Below are positions 8,883 to 17,175 of a stretch of 17,243 nt of DNA, one piece after another (positions within the stretch are counted from its first letter, which is position 1; every line of letters begins with the position of its first letter). The DNA is from Fibrobacteria bacterium (lineage in GTDB: Bacteria; Fibrobacterota; Fibrobacteria; UBA11236): contig JAYTHY010000008.1 in NCBI GenBank assembly GCA_043732185.1, positions 1 through 17,243 of the forward strand, in the 5' to 3' direction. A program made the position numbers and the translations under genes. The notes below the pieces were generated by a model that was not told the origin of the DNA, made no database searches, and saw only the letters and a program-made list of their open reading frames with translations.

Positions 8883-9553
8883 GCCCGGTTCCGTTGTAAA
8901 AACATTTCGAAAAGGGCCACTGGTCCCACCAGCATGACAAAAGAATAGACGGTATCCTCCAGGGGAATCGTTCCAATATGCATGCCGATCAAGGCATCGG
9001 CGCGATAAAGAACCACGGGCAGGGCTGTCAATATTCCATTCACCAGTAAAAAGGGTAGATATTGAATGGTCACCGCTGCTAGCAAAGGTCCGGAGTAGCG
9101 TGGCCTGAGCATGGCCAGTAAAAGAGAAGTGAGTGTGCCCAGACTGCATACCGATGCCGTATACAGTCTATCCCCGTTCACTAGACCTAGGCTAGCCAAC
9201 ACTATGGCCAGCATGCCCCAAAAAATACTTGCGTGCATCGAGGACAATTCGAGACGACGATTTTCTCGCACCTGTTGGTAGATAAACAGGCAGGCAAAAG
9301 GGATGGAGATGAAAAACAGAATCTCTTCCAATGGCAGATTCCACAGATACATTTTAAGAATGAATCGCGGATTAAAACTCCACACGCCCAGATGCGTAAA
9401 TAGAATATCCCAAAGGACAAAAGGAAGTGCAGCCAAAAGGACCGCCCCCCACGCGAATTTCCAATTCTTTCCAAAGCCGAAACGTTCCGACCTGGAAAAT
9501 GCCAAGGGAAACGCCAAAGTCAATACATCAAGGAGCAAGTAGGTGTACCTCAT
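8879..9553 (-). CDS. crtY: Membrane-type lycopene cyclase with two fused cyclase domains (CrtYcd-like)
   Basis: Hydrophobic 224 aa from ATG at 9553 (MRYTYLLLD). Domain 1 is WDILF..GVWSFN...LPLEEILFF; domain 2 is NGILT...IGTIPLED..Y. Located between crtI and crtZ. Confidence 0.85.
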   Translation of the reverse strand: MRYTYLLLDVLTLAFPLAFSRSERFGFGKNWKFAWGAVLLAALPFVLWDILFTHLGVWSFNPRFILKMYLWNLPLEEILFFISIPFACLFIYQQVRENRRLELSSMHASIFWGMLAIVLASLGLVNGDRLYTASVCSLGTLTSLLLAMLRPRYSGPLLAAVTIQYLPFLLVNGILTALPVVLYRADALIGMHIGTIPLEDTVYSFVMLVGPVALFEMFLQRNRA

Positions 9554-9558
9554 AAATA

Positions 9559-11097
9559 TCAGGCTTGCTGCAAAACTTTTCTCGAGATCGACTCCGTGAT
9601 TTGGGGAAAGTCCTCCAGGATGCAAGTTTCTGTGGCCTTGGCGGATAGTAACACTCCGGGTACTCCCGCTCCAGGATGGGTTCCTGCCCCTGTAAAATAA
9701 AGGTTTTCGATATCTTCGCTACGATTGTGCGGCCGGAAATATCCGGTTTGGGACAGGCTTGGTTCCAGTCCAAAGGCATTGCCATGGTAGGCATTCAAAT
9801 CGGCTTTGAAATCGAGCGGTGTGTAGATTCGTTTTATCTCAATATTTTCCTGCAAGCCTTCCAGCCCCCAGCTTTCCAGGAAGGAAAGAATGCGATTCGC
9901 AAATTCTTCTTTTGCAGTTGCCCAATTGATCTCCGATTCCAAATTGGCCACTGGCGCCAGTATCATCAGGCTTTCGCAGCCTTCCGGAGCCATGGATGCA
10001 TCTGTGCGGCAGGGAGCGTGCAGGTAGAGGCTGAAATCATCGGGTAGGATTTTGCGTCTGAAGATATCTCGCAGCAATTCTCGATAGCGTTCCGATAGAA
10101 TTAGGGTATGATGTTTGAGCTTAGGAAAAGATTTACGGACCCCTACGAAAATCAGAAAGCAGCCCATGGTATGATTGAGTTTTTCGATGCGTTTATCCGT
10201 CCACTTGCCGCGATGCTCCGCATCGATTAGGTGCCGGTAGGTATGGGCCAAATCGGCATTGCTGACAACCAGGTCCGCGGGATAAAAGATCCCCTTCGAT
10301 TCTGCGCCTTGGGCCCGGCCATTCTTTACCCGAATTTTGTCTACGGGAGAATCGGTTAGCAAGGTTCCTCCGGCTTCCAGAAAAGCTTTTTGCATGGCTT
10401 CGACCACGCTATACATGCCGCCCTTTGTATACCATACCCCTTGTTTTCTTTCCAGATAAGGAATCATCAGGTAAACGGCAGGCGCGCGAAAGGGATCACC
10501 ACCGATGTATAAAGGATGGAAACTGAAAAGAAAACGGTGGCGGAAATTCTTGAAGTAGCCGTTTACAAACGATGTCACCGGTTTATAGGCTTTGAGTTTA
10601 AGAACTGTGGGAACGAAACGCGCCATCACCTTCCAATCCCCAAATGGCGTGGATCCCAAACCTTTTTCGAGAACCTGTTCATAGATGGGTCGGATGGCTT
10701 CCATGAAGGTGTCATAGCTATCGGCATCCTTGGGCTCATAGGCGCGCATCTGGGCTTTCATGCTGGCGGGATCGCCGCTATAATCGATAAAGGTGCCATC
10801 ATGGAAATAAACACGATAGTAGGGATTAAGCGGCTGCAATTTTACGAAGTCGGAAAGGCTGCGTCCCACGGATGCGAAGGTATCTTCAATGATACTGGGG
10901 GCCGTTATTAGGCTGGGACCCATATCAAAGGTGTAGCCTTCCGATTCCCAGCGATAGGCGCGGCCACCAACTTTTTCCCGTTTTTCCAATAGGGTAACGG
11001 CAAAGCCCCGGCCTTGTAGGCGCATGGCCGCAGCCAATCCGCCGAAGCCGCCGCCAATGACGACTGCTTTGAGATTCAAATGCGATGCTCGGTTCAT
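9559..11097 (-). CDS. crtI: Phytoene desaturase
   Basis: 512 aa from ATG at 11097 (ATGA overlap with the glycosyltransferase stop). FAD motif VVIGGGFGGLAAA, GYTFDMGPSLIT, FSFHPLYIGGDPF and C-terminal FRPHN...GAGTHPGAGVPGVLLSAK. Confidence 0.95.
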   Translation of the reverse strand: MNRASHLNLKAVVIGGGFGGLAAAMRLQGRGFAVTLLEKREKVGGRAYRWESEGYTFDMGPSLITAPSIIEDTFASVGRSLSDFVKLQPLNPYYRVYFHDGTFIDYSGDPASMKAQMRAYEPKDADSYDTFMEAIRPIYEQVLEKGLGSTPFGDWKVMARFVPTVLKLKAYKPVTSFVNGYFKNFRHRFLFSFHPLYIGGDPFRAPAVYLMIPYLERKQGVWYTKGGMYSVVEAMQKAFLEAGGTLLTDSPVDKIRVKNGRAQGAESKGIFYPADLVVSNADLAHTYRHLIDAEHRGKWTDKRIEKLNHTMGCFLIFVGVRKSFPKLKHHTLILSERYRELLRDIFRRKILPDDFSLYLHAPCRTDASMAPEGCESLMILAPVANLESEINWATAKEEFANRILSFLESWGLEGLQENIEIKRIYTPLDFKADLNAYHGNAFGLEPSLSQTGYFRPHNRSEDIENLYFTGAGTHPGAGVPGVLLSAKATETCILEDFPQITESISRKVLQQA

Positions 11098-12239
11098 ATT
11101 TTGACCTCTTGTGTGGAAGCAGTAAAAGCTGCGTTGAGGGTTCTGCCCTTCCAGGTGACGGAACGTCGACGGTACCCCCACCAGGAACGGATGCCCATCA
11201 TTGGAATCAGCAATGCGCCTACCGGTGACCAGATCCAACCGGTCCAGGATTCCCGGAAGGCCACAGCCGTTAACAATCGGCTTGTCAGCCAGAATGCCAG
11301 CGGCAATATCCAAGCGTGATAACCCGCCAAAACCATTATTAGTGGCAGAGTATGTAGGGCCAAGAAAGCCGTCAAGACCAGGGGAGGTCGCAGCCAGCCC
11401 GTTCCTGTAAGGTAAGCCAAATTTTTGGAAAACCCGGCCCATACGGTTCGAAAGTTCCGGTACATGCGGGTGGAAACATATTTCGGAGAAATCGCAACGC
11501 CCAAGACCAGACCCTTTTGTTTGACCAATCGTCCCAAAGCCATGTCTTCGACTATCACATCTTTCACGGCGGAATGGCGTCCCAAATGATCATAGGCAGA
11601 GCGTGTAAAGGCGAACCACTGCCCGCAGCCCAAGGAAAGAATGGGCATGGAAAGTTTGGAAATGTAGGCGATGGGTACGAATCCCATTACCGGTAGGAAA
11701 AGCAACACAGGCAATACCGCCTTCTCAGCCCAGGTCCCCATGGTTTGACGCGGCAAGCAGGTGAGTGCATCCAAGGCATCGGATTGCATCATCCCCACTG
11801 TTGCTATTACAGATTCTGGACTCATACTGACATCGGCATCACAAAAGATGAGGATGTCTCCCGTGCTCTGCTCGGCCAATTGCGCGCAGGCCCAATTTTT
11901 TCCGAGCCAACCGGTTGGAAGTAGCTTTCCGCGTAAAAGCGTCACCACACTTCCATGTGCTCCGGCAAGTGCGGCTGTAGCATCCTCGGAAGCATCGTCC
12001 AGAATTAGGATTTCCAGATTGGGATAGCGGATGCCGGCCAGCAACGGCAACAGAGTTCGCATATTTTCTTCTTCATTGCGCGCCGGGATGAGCAAACTTA
12101 CGAGGGGGAAAGTCGATGGGGGAGGAGCGTTGTCTAGATTGGGTGCGGTGAAAAAGTTGTATAGGGTACCCAGCAACATCACGGCCGTCAATGCCGTTAC
12201 CGACCAAAACAGAAGTTCGTTTGCGAGTGTGAAAATCAT
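11094..12239 (-). CDS. GT2 glycosyltransferase, carotenoid glycosyltransferase-like (CruC/CrtQ type)
   Basis: N-terminal TM helix, VSLLIPARNEE, ILDDASEDAT, WLGKNWAC, FCDADV, GQW, IVEDMALG, RMY...W.GFSKN and WKGR. Inside the carotenoid operon. Confidence 0.88.
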   Translation of the reverse strand: MIFTLANELLFWSVTALTAVMLLGTLYNFFTAPNLDNAPPPSTFPLVSLLIPARNEEENMRTLLPLLAGIRYPNLEILILDDASEDATAALAGAHGSVVTLLRGKLLPTGWLGKNWACAQLAEQSTGDILIFCDADVSMSPESVIATVGMMQSDALDALTCLPRQTMGTWAEKAVLPVLLFLPVMGFVPIAYISKLSMPILSLGCGQWFAFTRSAYDHLGRHSAVKDVIVEDMALGRLVKQKGLVLGVAISPKYVSTRMYRNFRTVWAGFSKNLAYLTGTGWLRPPLVLTAFLALHTLPLIMVLAGYHAWILPLAFWLTSRLLTAVAFRESWTGWIWSPVGALLIPMMGIRSWWGYRRRSVTWKGRTLNAAFTASTQEVKI

Positions 12240-12937
12240 GTTTTCAAACTGGTTAAAGTTTGGACAGAAAGACCCGCGGGCAGATTTTCTCCATGTTGGC
12301 TCAACTGCGCGTGCACGCGATCCACTTCAGCTTGCACCAAGTCCTCAAAAACCCGGTGGACAACCGAGGGGCGATCGATGCGCATGGGGCGACCCAAGGA
12401 GATGAAAAAAGTCGGCGCCAGCTTTCGCATGGGCTCTATATGCAATCCAACGGGAATGACGGTTAAAGGAGACAAGGCTCGAACAAAGAGGTCGACTCCC
12501 GCCTTAAATTCCAATGGGCACTTGAAGCTGGGAAAGATTTGACCTTGCGGAAAATAGGAAAGGAAAAAATTCGGGTTCTTGGCCCGCATTATTTTTAACG
12601 TACGCAGTGCCCGAGCCACGGAAGCGGGTGATTGGGGATCAATGCCCAAACCACCGAGCAGACGAAAGATAGGCCGTTTCCGCAGTTCCTGCTCCAACAT
12701 CACGCTATAGATTGGCCAATCCGGACGCAGGCGTTTTTGGATCTCCCGGAACAGGAACCCGTCCCAATTGCTGATATGATTGCCGACCAAGAGCACGGGA
12801 CGACCGACCGGTATGTTATCGGGAATATTGAAGAAGCGTAATTCTCCAAGATGGAAATTTCGCAAAGGAATGAAAACACTTTCAAAACACCGCGCTGCCA
12901 GTGGATGGAAGATTGGGGAATTCCGGATCTGCTTCAT
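12236..12937 (-). CDS. PlsC-like acyltransferase, probable carotenoid-glycoside acyltransferase (CruD-like)
   Basis: HX4D motif NHISNWDG, VMLEQEL...FRLLG and YFPQG. Coupled to both neighbours by ATGA overlaps. Confidence 0.82.
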   Translation of the reverse strand: MKQIRNSPIFHPLAARCFESVFIPLRNFHLGELRFFNIPDNIPVGRPVLLVGNHISNWDGFLFREIQKRLRPDWPIYSVMLEQELRKRPIFRLLGGLGIDPQSPASVARALRTLKIMRAKNPNFFLSYFPQGQIFPSFKCPLEFKAGVDLFVRALSPLTVIPVGLHIEPMRKLAPTFFISLGRPMRIDRPSVVHRVFEDLVQAEVDRVHAQLSQHGENLPAGLSVQTLTSLKT

Positions 12938-13686
12938 CTCTTCTCCCGCGCCAGAATTTCCTGGTTTTGAATCACTGCCGTGACTGCCTGTATTTTTTGT
13001 TTCAAGCGCGCAGCTTCCATTTCAGTCAACTTCCCTTTCTCGAGAACGAAACCGGCTATGTTGAGAAACCATTTAGCGGGGTATTGTTCCGCTGCCTGTG
13101 GCAGCAATTTAGCCAAGGCTGAGAAATCCTCACGTACCACGGGCTTTCTGCCCAGGAAGAAAGGGAGATAATAATTGCTGACCAACCGCAGGTAGCGCAG
13201 TTCGGTTTGCGCCGGATCCCGAACGACTGCGGAATCAAGCATAGGAATACCGGCCTGCAAATTTTTCCATTTGCGGTTCAGGTTAAGGCCATGCTTGGCT
13301 TGAACGACTCTGATGGCCCCCGAATACCCCAGCAGTAGGTTCTGGGACGCCTCATCCTTCTCGAGCGCTTTTTTTAAAAATAGGATTTCCTCATTTCCAC
13401 GATTCAAGTATTCTTTTTCTTTTACGCCAAGGACAAAAAGAATTCGCAGCCTATCCAGATGGGGATTTAAGCTGTCTGGTGAACGTCGTATTCTAGCATC
13501 GGCGGATTCCAGTTCCATAAGGCCAGTTGAAAAAACATCCTTACGATCGGGTGGTGCAACCGTGTCCAAATTATCCGCAAGATTCCGAACGGACTTTTCC
13601 TGTAGGGGTGATGCGGCGACGGAAAATGTCAATCCAACAATGACCAAGGTTACAAAGACTCTGAAAAACATTCCCCTAATTTCCAT
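12934..13686 (-). CDS. Exported alpha-helical (TPR-like) hypothetical protein within the carotenoid operon
   Basis: Signal-peptide-like FFRVFVTLVIVGLTFSVAA and helical C-terminal GYSGA...AKH...K...GIPMLDSAV..DP...ELRYLRL..NYYLPFFLG. AAGGAG lies 9 nt before the ATG at 13686; the alternative start at 13695 has no RBS spacing. Confidence 0.8.
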   Translation of the reverse strand: MEIRGMFFRVFVTLVIVGLTFSVAASPLQEKSVRNLADNLDTVAPPDRKDVFSTGLMELESADARIRRSPDSLNPHLDRLRILFVLGVKEKEYLNRGNEEILFLKKALEKDEASQNLLLGYSGAIRVVQAKHGLNLNRKWKNLQAGIPMLDSAVVRDPAQTELRYLRLVSNYYLPFFLGRKPVVREDFSALAKLLPQAAEQYPAKWFLNIAGFVLEKGKLTEMEAARLKQKIQAVTAVIQNQEILAREKR

Positions 13687-14638
13687 AGGCAACATCTCCT
13701 TCCATAGCCGGAAATTGGATAGCCGGAAATAGATTTCGAATGAAGGGTAAGATCCACATGGCCCGCACTCCTATCCCCAATTTCGCCGCGGTCGATGAAT
13801 GGGCACGCAGACGGAAATTATCGTATCCATTTTTCCTCAAGGATGTGTGGATTTCCCGATAGACCAATGCCGAAACCAAAGACGGTCTTTGGAAAAAATC
13901 CGGCAGTGAAGGAATTCCCAGGAAAGCCATACGGTAACGGCGTTCTGCTGCCGACATCAACTCTTCCATCAATGCTCCATACGCGGGAGGCGGCAAACTT
14001 ATTCCTCCCCAGGGCGAAGCAAATGTTCCAGGTTCGAACCCATACCGTGCCAAAGCATCCACTGGCAAATAAACGCGCCCACGTCCCAAATCTTCACCCA
14101 CATCACGCAGGATATTAGTGAGTTGCATGGCATGTCCCAGATCCGCAGCTCGCGCCAAGACCCATGGGTTCCTGACACCGACAAGTTCTGTCAGCCATTG
14201 TCCAACAACACCGGCCACCCGGTAGGTATAGACTTCCAGATCACGGAGATTGGCGTAGAGCCGAGGGCGTACGTCCATCCGCATCCCTTCGATCAACTCT
14301 GAGGCATATTTAAAAGGCACGCCAGATTCTCCCATCCGACTCAAGGGCACATCCAGTATGGGAATGCCTGTAGATACGCCGCAATACGCCTGATGCGCCA
14401 AGGCCTCCCATTGTAAAAGCCGTTCGTCCATTTCTTCCACTCCAACTCCATGGGCTTCATCGACTAAATCATCGGTCAATCGGCAAAAGGCGTACACCTC
14501 TGCAACCTGTCGTGCTTGCACATCCGGCAAAAACCGGGCAGCAAAGCGGAAGGAACGACTGTTCCGAGCCAAGTATCCGATTGAGTCCTGGAGGGAGAGG
14601 CTACTAGTCAAGTCAAGAATCCACGATGGATGTTTCAT
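13676..14638 (-). CDS. crtB: Phytoene synthase
   Basis: SRSFRFAA, VYAFCRLTDDLVDE (first Asp-rich motif), YTYRVAGVVG and LGHAMQLTNILRDVGEDLGRGRVYLP (second Asp-rich motif). Confidence 0.95.
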   Translation of the reverse strand: MKHPSWILDLTSSLSLQDSIGYLARNSRSFRFAARFLPDVQARQVAEVYAFCRLTDDLVDEAHGVGVEEMDERLLQWEALAHQAYCGVSTGIPILDVPLSRMGESGVPFKYASELIEGMRMDVRPRLYANLRDLEVYTYRVAGVVGQWLTELVGVRNPWVLARAADLGHAMQLTNILRDVGEDLGRGRVYLPVDALARYGFEPGTFASPWGGISLPPPAYGALMEELMSAAERRYRMAFLGIPSLPDFFQRPSLVSALVYREIHTSLRKNGYDNFRLRAHSSTAAKLGIGVRAMWILPFIRNLFPAIQFPAMEGDVAYGN

Positions 14639-15579
14639 ATTTTGCCTTTTCTAAGCTTTGTTTCTTTTTGCAGGCGCGCCTTCGCCCATTCATAGAGGCT
14701 TTCCGTATCCTTTACAATGCGTATGGAAAGAAATGGCCAGCGATCTTTATCATACTCGTCATGTCTGATTCCTGAACCGCCCATCACTAAATGGTAAGGC
14801 GCGCTCTCTTTATACAGCCTCCCCATAATGCCCGCACAGCGCCTGGCATCGGCGCCGACACTGGGAGATATAAAGGAGATGGCAACCATGCTGGCCTTAA
14901 GCTCAGCTTGAATGCCCGCGAATTCATCGAAGGGGACGTTGGATCCCAAATAACACACCTGCCATCCCGCTTCTTCCAAAGCTAAGCGCGCGAACATGGC
15001 ACCGATTTCATGGAGGCAGGATTCCGCGCTGCCGACCAGAGCCAGCGGCACTGGCTTCACATGCGAGTCGCTGTCTTCCCTTCGCAATCCGTAGAGGGCA
15101 TCCAAAACCTTTTGGGTGAATCGATGTTCATGCGCGATAGTACGAGTACCATCCGCCCATTCCCGACCAATCCTGCGCAGCGCTTCGGCAACACCTAAAT
15201 CAAAAGTCCTCGTCAACGGAACTTCAAAAGCCTCCCGCAAGTAGCGCGCCGCCTCGACCAGGTAACTGGGGGGTTTCGTATCGCAAAACCGTACGATGAG
15301 ATCCGTGAGAGGCAAAAAGTTGTTCCGCTCCCGACAAGCTAAAGCCGCCATGGCCAGTTCCTCTTCATGAGGGGTGAATCGCAACAAGGTGGCATCGGGT
15401 CTTTCTTTTCTCATGAAGGCGATCAAATCTGGCAAGGCGATGCGACGATGCCCTCCCTTGGTGTTCGCTAATTTCATGCGCCCCTCATTGGTCCAGCGCT
15501 TCATGGAAGATTCGTGAACTTGCAATAGTTCCGCGGCCTGGGAACTGGTGAGCATGGGGAGGGTTTGAATCATTTTCAT
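14635..15579 (-). CDS. Cobalamin-binding HTH transcriptional regulator, CarH/LitR-like photoreceptor
   Basis: N-terminal MerR/excisionase-like HTH (LTSSQAAELLQVHESSMKRW...TKGGHRR), W-x9-EH motif (WADGTRTIAHEH), B12 His loop (CLHEIG) and Rossmann elements YLGSNVP, VAIS and VMGG. First gene of the crt operon; ATGA overlap with crtB; AAAGGA RBS. Confidence 0.88.
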   Translation of the reverse strand: MKMIQTLPMLTSSQAAELLQVHESSMKRWTNEGRMKLANTKGGHRRIALPDLIAFMRKERPDATLLRFTPHEEELAMAALACRERNNFLPLTDLIVRFCDTKPPSYLVEAARYLREAFEVPLTRTFDLGVAEALRRIGREWADGTRTIAHEHRFTQKVLDALYGLRREDSDSHVKPVPLALVGSAESCLHEIGAMFARLALEEAGWQVCYLGSNVPFDEFAGIQAELKASMVAISFISPSVGADARRCAGIMGRLYKESAPYHLVMGGSGIRHDEYDKDRWPFLSIRIVKDTESLYEWAKARLQKETKLRKGKI

Positions 15580-15624
15580 AAAATAGTCCTTTCAATAGGG
15601 TCATTACTGCAGTTTTAATCTAAT

Positions 15625-15655
15625 TAATCGTCCATTATTGAATAATAGACGATTA
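15625..15655. promoter_or_regulatory. 31-bp near-perfect palindrome, candidate operator
   Basis: TAATCGTCcATTATT-g-AATAATaGACGATTA pairs at 14 of 15 positions. It lies 45 bp upstream of the regulator start, in the AT-rich divergent promoter region. Confidence 0.6.
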
Positions 15656-15733
15656 GGATGTATTCCCTATGCTACATACATTTTTTGTTAATTGTATACG
15701 GTTTGATATTGAATCCAACTGAATTGGAGTGCC

Positions 15734-16558
15734 ATGCCCACGTTGTTAGAGAAAATTGAAGCCGCTCGCGTTTATGTAACTGGGATCTCCCACTTGTCCC
15801 CGGAAGTTGGGATTATTCTGGGAACCGGCCTCGGTTCAATCGCTGATTCCTTGCAAATTGAAACACAAATTCCGTATGCGGATATTCCACATATGCCGCA
15901 GACTACAGTCGATGGACACGAGGGGAAATTTCTGATCGGTAGACTAAAGGACAAGCCGGTGGCGGTAATGCAAGGCCGACTGCATTTCTACGAGGGGTTT
16001 ACCATGGAAGAAATCGCCTTTCCAGTTCGATTGATGAAAGCCTTGGGCATACACTCATTGCTGATCACCAATATTGCTGGCGCAGTGAACCCGTCCTTTT
16101 CCCTTGGCGACATCATGATTCTCACCGACCACATCAATTTGCTAGGTTCCAATCCCCTAATTGGAAAAAATCACGATGCCTTAGGCCCCCGCTTTCCCGA
16201 TATGAGCGAACCCTATACGCGCGAATACATCCGGAAGATTTCTGCCTTGGGCGAGTCCTTGAATCTCAAATTGAAGAAGGGTGTGTATGCGGGAATGACC
16301 GGACCGTGCTTGGAAACCGCTGCCGAGTATCGCATGCTGCGTATTATCGGCGCCGACGCTGTGGGCATGTCAACTGTTCCGGAAGTGATCGCGGCCGTGC
16401 ACGGAGGGCTAAAAGTGCTGGCTCTCAGTCTTATTACGGATGTATGCGATCCGGAAAACCTTAATCCCATCAATATTCCGGAAATCATGAGAGTGGTTAA
16501 GGAGGTCGAGCCCAATATGGCCCATCTGATTAGAGCATTTCTACCGCTGGCTATATAG
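15734..16558 (+). CDS. punA: Purine-nucleoside phosphorylase (trimeric, inosine/guanosine type)
   Basis: GIILGTGLG, IPYADIPH, GHEG, MQGRLHFYEG, DHINL..NPLIG.N...GPRFPDMS, GP.LETAAE and GADAVGMSTVPEVI. GGAG RBS. Confidence 0.95.
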   Translation: MPTLLEKIEAARVYVTGISHLSPEVGIILGTGLGSIADSLQIETQIPYADIPHMPQTTVDGHEGKFLIGRLKDKPVAVMQGRLHFYEGFTMEEIAFPVRLMKALGIHSLLITNIAGAVNPSFSLGDIMILTDHINLLGSNPLIGKNHDALGPRFPDMSEPYTREYIRKISALGESLNLKLKKGVYAGMTGPCLETAAEYRMLRIIGADAVGMSTVPEVIAAVHGGLKVLALSLITDVCDPENLNPINIPEIMRVVKEVEPNMAHLIRAFLPLAI

Positions 16559-16588
16559 GCTAGCTCAATGAAAAGACGGGACAGTAGG

Positions 16589-16604
16589 AGGTTAATATTA
16601 ACCT
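16589..16604. repeat. Perfect 16-bp palindrome between convergent genes
   Basis: AGGTTAATATTAACCT is its own reverse complement. Confidence 0.7.
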
Positions 16605-16653
16605 TGGCCAAAGAGATATTCTGTCGATTTAGAGCGCCTCTTAAAAAAGAAAT

Positions 16654-17151
16654 TTATCCACCAGGCTTTTTGGTCATCCTATAATAGATATCGTCTCGAT
16701 TCCACCTTGAAGAATATTTAGGCTTTATTGTGGGAGCGCTGCTTTTAGCAAGACCGGACACTTTGCTTGAACTAAGCACATTTAGTAAAGCTTCTTCCTG
16801 ACCCTGCATATTCTCTATCCAGTAAACCACGTTTCCGATTTGCGAAATATTTATGCGGGTATTTGGATTAATTAAAATTGAGCGAACACCTATATTGTTA
16901 GGTAAATCCGTTACCATAGTAGAATCCCATATTTTTCGTTTCAAATTTTTGGAATAAAGCATCGATCGGAATTCCGCGGCTTGCGCATTAAATTCAAACG
17001 AAAAACACCAGATAAAATTACCATCGGTTTGGTAATTATCATTGGTATAGAAAAGGTGGTCGCCGGTCCAGCCCAGTGCATCCTTTGCTACAGAGGATGG
17101 TAATTCATCCTTTAGCATTCCGATAATATTTAGAATGCCTAAATTACTCAA
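16654..17151 (-). CDS. AT-rich hypothetical protein, possibly an N-terminally truncated fragment
   Basis: 165-codon open frame, visibly lower in GC than its neighbours. TTG start without a clear RBS and an in-frame stop a few codons upstream. Confidence 0.5.
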   Translation of the reverse strand: MSNLGILNIIGMLKDELPSSVAKDALGWTGDHLFYTNDNYQTDGNFIWCFSFEFNAQAAEFRSMLYSKNLKRKIWDSTMVTDLPNNIGVRSILINPNTRINISQIGNVVYWIENMQGQEEALLNVLSSSKVSGLAKSSAPTIKPKYSSRWNRDDIYYRMTKKPGG

Positions 17152-17175
17152 GAGTCGGGAGTTCTCGGGCTGATT

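Noticed and set aside
8883..9149. N-terminal extension of crtZ (and likewise 9554-9625 of the cyclase)
   Set aside because: These overlap upstream genes, and family similarity starts at the downstream ATGs (8882 and 9553).
11098..11442. 115-aa N-terminal extension of crtI in the 627-aa ORF
   Set aside because: It overlaps the glycosyltransferase in another frame. The FAD-binding motif starts right after the ATG at 11097, which forms an ATGA overlap.
9676..15198. Plus-strand ORFs of 60-140 aa opposite the carotenoid operon
   Set aside because: They are antisense shadows of well-supported minus-strand genes and have no recognisable motifs.
15659..15676. TGT-N12-ACA match to the PpsR/CrtJ consensus upstream of the carotenoid operon
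   Set aside because: It has only six informative bases in AT-rich DNA, occurs as a single copy, and there is no ppsR or photosynthesis gene in the window. Likely chance.
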